From Saprospiraceae bacterium (GTDB lineage Bacteria > Bacteroidota > Bacteroidia > Chitinophagales > Saprospiraceae): DNA of 31,478 nucleotides. This document shows positions 24,642 through 31,478 of the stretch, in pieces. The notes below the pieces were generated by a model. The model did not search any database and was not told where the DNA came from. It worked only from the letters and a program-made list of their open reading frames with translations. The stretch covers positions 1 through 31,478 of the forward strand of contig JAHDBO010000001.1 in the NCBI GenBank assembly GCA_020630355.1, read 5' to 3'. How positions within the stretch are numbered: the stretch's first letter is position 1; each line of letters opens with the position of its first letter. Position numbers and translations under genes: made by a program.

Positions 24642-26960
24642 TTGGTTTTGAAGCAGCAATTATTCATATTCTATATTCTTCTCTTTTTTTGCCTTTCGGC
24701 AAATGCACAAGATTTTGATGAAATTCCGCTACGGGTAGAATTTTTACAAGCAGGTGGTTACTACGATGTGCCACAGCAAATCAAACTTCATGCAGACCAA
24801 GCACGCATCCATTACACGCTGAATGGGAATATCCCTTCGGTAGAATCCGCTAAATATGATGGTGCGATAACAATTGACAAAACAACCGTTATCCGAGCGG
24901 CTGCTTTCCGAGATGATGAGAAGAGCGCTGTTGTCACGCAGACTTTTTTTATCAACGAACCTGAGACGAATTTTCCCACGATTTCCATTGCGATTACGCC
25001 CTATCTTTTATTTGATGAAGAAAAAGGGCTCTTTCAAAAAGGACCTAAAGCAGACACGACGATAGCGCGCTATGGGGCAAATTTCTGGAGTAGGCAAGAG
25101 GTTCAAATCAATACGGAGTTCTATGAATCTGATGGACGGCAGCTGTACAACAGTATCTCTGGAATGCGGGTTTTTGGTGGTTTGAGCCGAGTTTTTCCAC
25201 AAAAATCGCTCGCACTCATTTCTAGGAAACGGTACGGCACAAAACGATTCAAATTCCCCGTTTTCAAAAATCAGAAACTAAAAAAATACAAATATCTCGT
25301 TCTGCGCAATTCAGGTAGCGATTTTGGGAAGAGCCATTTTCGAGATGCTTTTATGACGGGGCTGCTCGACCATTGGGATATAGAAAAACAGGCTTACCGA
25401 CCCTCTCATGTCTATATCAATGGCGAATACTGGGGAATTTACAATATCCGTGAAAAGGTGAATACATACTTTATCGCTTCTCACCAAAATGTACATCCTG
25501 ATAGCATTGATTTGCTAGAACATAAAGGTTATGTAAAAAAAGGGAATGGGCGTCACTATTATCGGATGCTGGATTTTATGAAGGAGAAAGATATGCGTCT
25601 TCCTGAAAATTATGCCTCGATCCAGACACAAATGGAAGTGGACAACTTTATGAATTATCAGATTGCTCAAATCTTTTTTGGGAATACGGACGCAGGTGGT
25701 AATATCAAATTTTGGCGACCGCAGACAGAAGGAGGCAAATGGCGTTGGATTTTGTACGATACGGATGTAGGTTTTGATTTGTATGATAGAAAGACGTATC
25801 GCAATGATGCCTTGGCGTTTTTTACGGAAGAAGACGGACCGTATTGGCCCAATCCGCCTTGGAGTACCTTTGTACTCCGTTCTTTGTTGGAAAATGAAAC
25901 TTTCAAACAAGAGTTTGTCAATCGTTTTGCGGACCATCTGAATACGACTTTTGATAAGCAAAGAATGCGTGCAAAATTCGACGCCATGTTGTCGGATTTA
26001 GCTCCAGAAATAGGCAGGCATCACCAACGTTGGAACCTATCCTCGAAGCAATGGGAACGGCATTTAGAAGTCATGCGGACTTTTATGGAGAAGCGCCCAG
26101 TTTATATGAAACAGCACTTAAATAAGATGTTTCAAACGGGGAAGATGCATCGGTTGAAGGTACTGGTAGAAGGAGAGGGCAAAGTGAGTCTGAATAACTA
26201 CATCAAAATCAAAGACTCGTTTGAGGGGGATTATTTTCAAAATATTCCTGTAAGACTGGAAGCAAGCCCAAAACTAGGTTATCAATTTTCTCACTGGGAA
26301 ACAGCACAGGGTGTCGTATCCGACAAGGCGATAACCTTGAGTTTGAAAAACGGGCCCAAAACAGTGAAAGCCGTCTTTGAGCGCGCTGAATACGCGCTGG
26401 AAGACCAGATTTTTATCAATGAAATCAGTTCTAACCACAAAAAATCTGGCGATTGGCTCGAATTGTACAACGCTTCCTCCGAAAAGGTGGATTTGGAGGG
26501 TTGGGTCTTAAAGTCCAAAAAGAAAAGTTTTATTTTACCTAAGCAAAAACTAGCGTCAAAATCCTATTTGGTCTTATGTGAAGACACCTTAAAGTTTAGG
26601 AAGCATTTCCCCGAAGCAGGGACGGTAGTGGGGAACTTTCAATTTGGTATCAATAAAGTAAAGGAAAGCTTGGAGCTGTACACTGGCGATTTGGAGTTGG
26701 TTGATAGAGTAGCTTACCAAATGGAAGCGACAGACACGCTATTTACTTTAGATTTATTAGCACCAAATTTAGACAATAGCAATTTAGAGAATTGGCAACG
26801 CAACTATGGGCAGGGTAGCCCGAACGAGCCCAATCCTGTCTATTTGGCCTCAACGGTAAAAAACGACCAAGAACGCTGGTTTATCGCTGGGCTGCTCGGT
26901 TCGTTTCTGTTGGTTTGTTTTATGGTTTTTTTCATGCGTCAAAACCGCCCCGTAATATAG
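24642..26960 (+). CDS. CotH kinase family protein with N-terminal Fn3-associated/CHB_HEX_C-like domain, B-repeat-like and lamin-tail domains and a C-terminal TM anchor
   Basis: Signal peptide; IHYTLNGNIP; VYINGEYWGIYNIREK; WILYDTDVGF; GYQFSHW; FINEISS...DWLELYN; C-terminal WFIAGLLGSFLLVCFMVFFMRQ. Confidence 0.88.
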   Translation: MVLKQQLFIFYILLFFCLSANAQDFDEIPLRVEFLQAGGYYDVPQQIKLHADQARIHYTLNGNIPSVESAKYDGAITIDKTTVIRAAAFRDDEKSAVVTQTFFINEPETNFPTISIAITPYLLFDEEKGLFQKGPKADTTIARYGANFWSRQEVQINTEFYESDGRQLYNSISGMRVFGGLSRVFPQKSLALISRKRYGTKRFKFPVFKNQKLKKYKYLVLRNSGSDFGKSHFRDAFMTGLLDHWDIEKQAYRPSHVYINGEYWGIYNIREKVNTYFIASHQNVHPDSIDLLEHKGYVKKGNGRHYYRMLDFMKEKDMRLPENYASIQTQMEVDNFMNYQIAQIFFGNTDAGGNIKFWRPQTEGGKWRWILYDTDVGFDLYDRKTYRNDALAFFTEEDGPYWPNPPWSTFVLRSLLENETFKQEFVNRFADHLNTTFDKQRMRAKFDAMLSDLAPEIGRHHQRWNLSSKQWERHLEVMRTFMEKRPVYMKQHLNKMFQTGKMHRLKVLVEGEGKVSLNNYIKIKDSFEGDYFQNIPVRLEASPKLGYQFSHWETAQGVVSDKAITLSLKNGPKTVKAVFERAEYALEDQIFINEISSNHKKSGDWLELYNASSEKVDLEGWVLKSKKKSFILPKQKLASKSYLVLCEDTLKFRKHFPEAGTVVGNFQFGINKVKESLELYTGDLELVDRVAYQMEATDTLFTLDLLAPNLDNSNLENWQRNYGQGSPNEPNPVYLASTVKNDQERWFIAGLLGSFLLVCFMVFFMRQNRPVI

Positions 26961-27453
26961 ATTGGATAAAATCATGTTTCCCCTCCGTGTACGCTTTTCT
27001 ATCATTGGGAAAGCGTTTCAGTAAGTCCTGTTTTAATCGATTATAGGTTTGAATCGCTGCGGGGTTTTGTCTCAAAGCATCTCTAAAGCGGATATGATTT
27101 TCAAAAATGGGATGCCCTTCAAGCGTTAGGTGTACGTGGAAAGTAGTCGGCTTGCCTTTGGTGAAAAAATGCCGATCTTCAATACCATTTTCTCCTTTGT
27201 AAGTGTAGCCGAGGTCTTCCATCGCTTTTGCAATAGCTTGAATATTATCAAACGAAGCCAAAGTTCCTGCTATATCAATGATAGGTTTGGCGACAAGCCC
27301 TTTCACGGAAGTGCTGCCGATATGTTCTAAAGGGAGTGTTTCGTTGTAGAGGGCTTGCTGGATACGTTTGGATTCTATTAAAAAATAATCCTCCCAATGT
27401 GCATCATGCATTACAAGCCGAATTGTTCCTTTCTCTAGGCCAAGATTATTCAT
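26932..27453 (-). CDS. GrpB family (UPF0157) nucleotidyltransferase-fold protein
   Basis: EHIGSTSVKGLVAKPIIDI, FHVHL, FRDALR, YTEGK. Confidence 0.93.
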   Translation of the reverse strand: MNNLGLEKGTIRLVMHDAHWEDYFLIESKRIQQALYNETLPLEHIGSTSVKGLVAKPIIDIAGTLASFDNIQAIAKAMEDLGYTYKGENGIEDRHFFTKGKPTTFHVHLTLEGHPIFENHIRFRDALRQNPAAIQTYNRLKQDLLKRFPNDRKAYTEGKHDFIQSILRGGFDA

Positions 27454-27482
27454 AGTATAAATGTTGAATGACTTCGATGAAA

Positions 27483-27513
27483 AAGACCTAAGAACAATTT
27501 GCTCTTAGGTCTT
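27483..27513. terminator. Terminator hairpin after the bacilliredoxin gene
   Basis: AAGACCTAAGA-N9-TCTTAGGTCTT. Confidence 0.7.
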
Positions 27514-27558
27514 CTTATTTTTTTAAAATGGATTGCCTTTAGCTTTGAAAGGCTAGTA

Positions 27559-27972
27559 TTAACAGTACTGGTCGTAAGCCATTTTTAAGTTGGCGGCAAT
27601 GATCTCTGCCGAGCGGCCCTCAATGTGGTGACGCTCTAAAAAATGAACTAATTTTCCATCTTTGAACAATCCGATAGATGGAGAAGAAGGAGGGTAAGGC
27701 AACATATAAGCCCTGGCTTTATCGGTTGCAGCTTTATCCACACCTGCAAACACTGTTACGGCTTTTGCTGGCTTCTTGTCATTGTCCATTGAAATCTTCG
27801 CACCTGGACGTGCATTAGCAGCCGCACAGCCGCATACAGAGTTGACAACAACTAATACTGTTCCTTCTTTTTGACCCAATACCTCCTCTACTGCTTCTGG
27901 AGTTTGAAGAGATTCAAACCCATAATCTGTCAAGTCTTTTGCCATTGGGGCAACCAAATCTGCTGGATACAT
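27559..27972 (-). CDS. BrxA/BrxB (YphP/YqiW) family bacilliredoxin
   Basis: VVVNSVCGCAAANARPG, VTVFAGVD, PPSSPSI.LFKDG.LV...ERH.IEGR. Confidence 0.95.
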   Translation of the reverse strand: MYPADLVAPMAKDLTDYGFESLQTPEAVEEVLGQKEGTVLVVVNSVCGCAAANARPGAKISMDNDKKPAKAVTVFAGVDKAATDKARAYMLPYPPSSPSIGLFKDGKLVHFLERHHIEGRSAEIIAANLKMAYDQYC

Positions 27973-28031
27973 CTTTTTATGATTGAAAATGAGAAATAAT
28001 TAATGAAAAATGATTTTCATTATTGCTTGCG

Positions 28032-28039
28032 CAAAAATA
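28032..28039 (-). promoter_or_regulatory. Housekeeping sigma -7 element for the bacilliredoxin gene
   Basis: Minus strand TATTTTTG(CGC), 59 nt upstream of the ATG. Confidence 0.55.
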
Positions 28040-28084
28040 GCTAATTTCTATACAAATAAACCGCCCAAATAGTTTGGAGGGGCA

Positions 28085-28254
28085 AAACAAAAAATAGCCT
28101 CCCACTTCTGGAAGGCTATTGGATATATTGGTGACAAATTGAAAAAGCTTGTTGTTGAGATGTTTTTTAGGAAAATAACCGGTCGGCGCCCCGACCGATT
28201 ATTTTATTCCATAAACCAAAATCAAAATTAGTATGAAAAACTCTCACTAGTTAT
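28085..28254 (-). ncRNA. Candidate ECF-dependent ~170-nt sRNA
   Basis: Starts ~6 nt after promoter 28260-28289; 15-bp hairpin at 28172-28205 and terminator at 28086-28120, both with G-U on the minus strand but C-A on the plus strand; the only ATG reads ATG GAA TAA. Confidence 0.55.
28086..28120 (-). terminator. Minus-strand intrinsic terminator
   Basis: Minus strand AATAGCCTTCC-agaagtg-GGAGGCTATT followed by TTTTGTTTTG. Confidence 0.75.
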
Positions 28255-28259
28255 TTATA

Positions 28260-28289
28260 TACACGGAGTAGGTTTCAAAAGGGTTGCCT
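28260..28289 (-). promoter_or_regulatory. Second ECF promoter motif, downstream copy
   Basis: AGGCAACCCTTTTGAAACCTACTCCGTGTA (GCAACC-N16-CGTGTA). Confidence 0.7.
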
Positions 28290-28305
28290 ACACCAAAAAT
28301 ATTTT

Positions 28306-29742
28306 TTAAATATTATATAAAATGGAGGCTTTTACCCCGTATAAATTGGGTATAGAAGCGGATTCTTTTTTAATATTTGTATTGTAATATCCCTCCAATT
28401 GCAACATAAAGTCCCTAGAGAAATTATATTCCATCCCTGCATTGATATTGACCGTATTGTAAATAAAAGAACGGTCCTTGGTTTCCAAGTCTGTTTCGGC
28501 CGTTTCGGAGGTGATTAAGTTGGTATAATTGTATTTATATTTTTGGTTGGAAGTGAGTTGGGATGAGAAGCCAGTGCCCAAAAACGGTTGCCATGCAGCC
28601 TTGCTATCGAAGAAATACTTCATTCCAAGTGTGTATTGATAGAAGGTCTGATTCAAGACGACTGCATCTAACTTGAATTCTGGGCCAGGGGACTCGATGT
28701 CGGGAACCGCCGTATTGTCAAAATCATCGGTCCAGCGATTGATGTTCATGTATTCCAAGTCAGAGTACAATCTCAAATCTCCAGCAAAATCAAACTCAAC
28801 TCTTAAACCTGCATTCACTGCGCCTTCTACGACCTCATTGTAATCCTGCTGCATGAATTTGTTGCTGATTAATCCTGCTCCAACGACAGAGCCAACATTG
28901 ACACCCACCAAGCTGAATGGACTATACGTTTGTTTATTGTTCTCTTTTTCTTGGATTAAGTGTTTTTCTTTCGATAATGCTTTTGCTGGCTCGGCATCCA
29001 CGACATCTGGCTTGTCGAAGTCGATGCGCTTTTTATCTTGCTTAAATTGTTGTTTCTTCTGAGCTTGCTGGATTTCATTATAGTCCAAAACTTGATTGAG
29101 CAAAGCTTTCTGATAAGGGTTCAAGTCTGACGTAGAGGTCGTTGAAGGATTTTGTTTTTTATTAGAAAAAAGATTTTTATTGGCGACGCCTAGTTGGATG
29201 CGAGCACCATTTGAGATGCCAGGGGCAGTGTTGATATTCGGTGCCTTAAACTTTTGACCAGTCCAAAGTGGCATAAAGGTCAAGGAGCTGTTTTCAGCAA
29301 ATGTAAAGGTCTTTTTAGGTTTTTGAACGGTTTTTGCAACAGCAACAGCTCGTGGAGTTTGACTTGTTGAAGGTGCTGCCACTTGAGAGACAACTGTATT
29401 TTTACGAACATAAGCAACTGGTGTAGTGATAGCTGTACTTGTAGTTGCGGGCTGTTGTCTAGCTTCTTGCACGGCAGCTATTTGCTGCGACTGCTCCATA
29501 ATACTAGCACGAATGTCTTGTAATTGCCCTTCAGAATGATTTAATCTATACAAAGTATACCCATTGGCCAAAAGCAACATGGCTACAGTTGCGGCTACTA
29601 GATAGGCTTTGTACGGAATGATGCGTACTTTGTCTCGTTCGAGTCGTGGGAGCAAATTCTCCCAGTCTTCGTTGGCGGTTTGAAAAGATTGGGTTTCCCC
29701 TAGCTTTTCGCCGAATAGCTTATCAAAATCTTTATCCAGCAT
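28306..29742 (-). CDS. Dual-membrane-spanning anti-sigma factor-like protein (Dma/Reo architecture)
   Basis: Short N-terminal DKDFDKLFGEKL...DWENL domain, one TM (YLVAATVAMLLLANGY), T/S/A/P/Q-rich tether, C-terminal beta-barrel ending GVKASILYNI; ATG 29742 overlaps the sigma 3' end by 11 nt. Confidence 0.8.
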   Translation of the reverse strand: MLDKDFDKLFGEKLGETQSFQTANEDWENLLPRLERDKVRIIPYKAYLVAATVAMLLLANGYTLYRLNHSEGQLQDIRASIMEQSQQIAAVQEARQQPATTSTAITTPVAYVRKNTVVSQVAAPSTSQTPRAVAVAKTVQKPKKTFTFAENSSLTFMPLWTGQKFKAPNINTAPGISNGARIQLGVANKNLFSNKKQNPSTTSTSDLNPYQKALLNQVLDYNEIQQAQKKQQFKQDKKRIDFDKPDVVDAEPAKALSKEKHLIQEKENNKQTYSPFSLVGVNVGSVVGAGLISNKFMQQDYNEVVEGAVNAGLRVEFDFAGDLRLYSDLEYMNINRWTDDFDNTAVPDIESPGPEFKLDAVVLNQTFYQYTLGMKYFFDSKAAWQPFLGTGFSSQLTSNQKYKYNYTNLITSETAETDLETKDRSFIYNTVNINAGMEYNFSRDFMLQLEGYYNTNIKKESASIPNLYGVKASILYNI

Positions 29743-30289
29743 GTTTACTTTTTTTTCCTTCAATAGACTGTATCATAGCGCGCAATTTTAATCTGGCTTT
29801 CGCCAAATTAGATTTGGATGCCCCTACAGAGATACCTAGTTTTTCTGCAATTTCTGGATGTTTAAAACCTTCGACTGCGTGGAGATTGAATACGACACGA
29901 TAGGCTGGTGGTAATTGTCTTACCATTCCCATCAATGTTTCATAATTCAGATTATGGACAGCATCTGCTCGTGTTTCATAATGCTGTGCATGCGCAATAT
30001 CTACAATCGTTGGTTTGCTCTGGTGTTTCCTGTAATGGTCAATAGCAGTGTTTACCATAATACGGCTCAACCACCCTTTAAAGGAAAGATTGGAATCGTA
30101 TTTGTCAATTTTGGTAAAAACCTTAAGGAAGCCATCATTTAGGATTTCTCTTGCTTCATCTGAGGTCTTGGCGTAACGGCTGGTTATGCTTAGGGCATAA
30201 TTGTGAAAGTGATGGTACAGTTTTTTCTGTGCATCACGGTTGTTCGCCTTGCAAGCTTTGATGATATGGGATAGAGCTTCACCCGTCAT
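29732..30289 (-). CDS. ECF RNA polymerase sigma-70 factor paired with the Dma-like anti-sigma
   Basis: AQKKLY, EILNDGFLKVF, FKGWLSRIMVNTAIDHYRK, YRVVFNLHAVEGFKHPEIAEKLGISVGASKSNLAKAR. Confidence 0.95.
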   Translation of the reverse strand: MTGEALSHIIKACKANNRDAQKKLYHHFHNYALSITSRYAKTSDEAREILNDGFLKVFTKIDKYDSNLSFKGWLSRIMVNTAIDHYRKHQSKPTIVDIAHAQHYETRADAVHNLNYETLMGMVRQLPPAYRVVFNLHAVEGFKHPEIAEKLGISVGASKSNLAKARLKLRAMIQSIEGKKSKHAG

Positions 30290-30300
30290 ATACGCTAAAA

Positions 30301-30330
30301 TACACGTAATTGTATAGGAAAGGGTTGCCT
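30301..30330 (-). promoter_or_regulatory. Second ECF promoter motif, autoregulatory copy
   Basis: AGGCAACCCTTTCCTATACAATTACGTGTA (GCAACC-N16-CGTGTA), 11 nt upstream of the sigma ATG. Confidence 0.7.
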
Positions 30331-30370
30331 CAGAGGCTTTATTAATAGGATTTTAATAGGAATCTTTTAG

Positions 30371-31399
30371 TTAATCATCTACCCAGACCGTACAGCCTTC
30401 CGTACAATTGGTGCAAATATCGATTTGGTCTCGACCTTGTAAAAGCTGTTGCCGAAAATGTTGATAAGCCTCTCCGTGCCATAATTCTTTGAAAGAAGTC
30501 TTTTTCAAATCACCTAATCGATGGGTTGCATCCTTGTCAAAACAACAAGGAACAACCATTCCGTCCCAAGTGATGACACAAGAGTGCCAAAGTTTCCAGC
30601 AGTGATTCAGGAGTTCGTTTTTGACACGATAAGTGCCATCTTCTTGCTGGGCATACCTTGAATATTTGGAAATGGTCGGGATGAGTTCATTCCCGTTTTC
30701 GTAATCATACACTTGAGCCGTTTTGAGTTTTACCTCATCGATGCCGATTTCCTCGGCAAGTTTATATATTTCTGGTATTTGATGCTCATTTGGTTTGACC
30801 ACCAAAAACTGGAAAATGATATGCGGTTTTTTAGCTCCTAGTTTCTTTTTCCATTTGACGATATTGCGTGCTCCTTGCAAAACGGATTCAAGTTTACCCG
30901 CTTTTCTGTAATTTTCATAGACTTCCTGTGTGGTACCGTCAACAGAGATAATAAGTCGGTCCAACCCTGATTCAATTGTTTTTCTTGCATTTTCATCATT
31001 CAAGAAATGCCCATTGGTCGAAGTAATCGTATAGATACCTTTTTTGTGAGCGTAGTTTACCATTTCCAAGAAGTTAGGATTGATATAAGGCTCTCCTTGA
31101 AAATAGAAAATCAACCAAGTCAAATCCTTTCCCATTTCATCGATGGTCTCTCGGAAAAAATCTTCTTTAAGATTGCCGGTCGGCCGAGTGAATGCCCGTA
31201 AACCGCTAGGACATTCTGGGCACCGTAGGTTGCAGGCAGTAGTGGGTTCGACCGAAATGGTGAATGGCATACCCCATTGGATAGGCTTCCCCGTCCATTT
31301 AGTCGCATAGAAAGAACCATAGACTTTAGATATATTCCACAATCGACGAGGGGTCAATTTGGATATGAAATTCATTGTATCTTTAAAATAGAATGCCAT
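30371..31399 (-). CDS. Radical SAM protein with SPASM/Twitch domain
   Basis: CNLRCPEC cluster motif, FQGEP, STNG; C-terminal CWKLW...VPCCFD...CTNC. Confidence 0.92.
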   Translation of the reverse strand: MAFYFKDTMNFISKLTPRRLWNISKVYGSFYATKWTGKPIQWGMPFTISVEPTTACNLRCPECPSGLRAFTRPTGNLKEDFFRETIDEMGKDLTWLIFYFQGEPYINPNFLEMVNYAHKKGIYTITSTNGHFLNDENARKTIESGLDRLIISVDGTTQEVYENYRKAGKLESVLQGARNIVKWKKKLGAKKPHIIFQFLVVKPNEHQIPEIYKLAEEIGIDEVKLKTAQVYDYENGNELIPTISKYSRYAQQEDGTYRVKNELLNHCWKLWHSCVITWDGMVVPCCFDKDATHRLGDLKKTSFKELWHGEAYQHFRQQLLQGRDQIDICTNCTEGCTVWVDD

Positions 31400-31478
31400 A
31401 GTTGTTCTACTGGGTGCTTAGAAAGATAAAGGTAAAGGGTTTGGATTAAATGCTATATCATATTCTTGTCATTAAGTG

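Noticed and set aside
1032-31320. Many short overlapping ORFs in the track (e.g. 1032-1394, 7677-8027, 19196-19465, 21155-21604, 23444-23866, 25515-25961)
   Set aside because: Antisense or off-frame shadows of well-supported genes or regulatory DNA, with no recognisable motifs.
1-31478. CRISPR arrays, tRNA/rRNA genes, IS elements, integrase or att sites at island borders
   Set aside because: No spaced direct repeats, cloverleaf patterns, transposase/integrase ORFs or flanking direct repeats were seen; the island's left border is outside the window, so mobility cannot be judged.

Overview
Bacteroidota chromosomal segment: TAnnTTTG housekeeping promoters, no Shine-Dalgarno sequences seen, A-rich translation starts; a Saprospirales-like host is a guess. 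Positions 1-21.3 kb form an accessory general-stress/dormancy island: PA2169 ferritin-like protein, AI-2E transporter, an orphan ECF sigma factor, YtxH/holin-like/YihY membrane genes, two MscS channels, TrkAH, a degenerate PAS-AAA+ protein, AraC, TPR, an HPF/RaiA-like protein, a baeRF (Balon-like) release-factor homolog, YqhA and a Cys-less thioredoxin. Eight gene-proximal, correctly oriented copies of one ECF-type promoter motif, T(T/C)GAACAT-N14/15-(C)GTTnTAGT, tie the island together. Positions 21.6-31.5 kb look like core genome: glnS, gcvT, a CotH kinase, GrpB, a bacilliredoxin, an ECF sigma / dual-membrane-spanning anti-sigma pair and a radical SAM/SPASM enzyme. The second ECF pair has its own promoter motif (AGGCAACCCTTT...CGTGTA) in two copies, one before the sigma gene and one before an unannotated ~170-nt structured minus-strand RNA whose 5' arm is complementary to a typical Bacteroidota translation start. 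Two more non-coding candidates lie at 5030-5167 and ~14087-14251. No CRISPR array, tRNA, rRNA, transposase or integrase was seen. All family calls are by recognition, without database searches.
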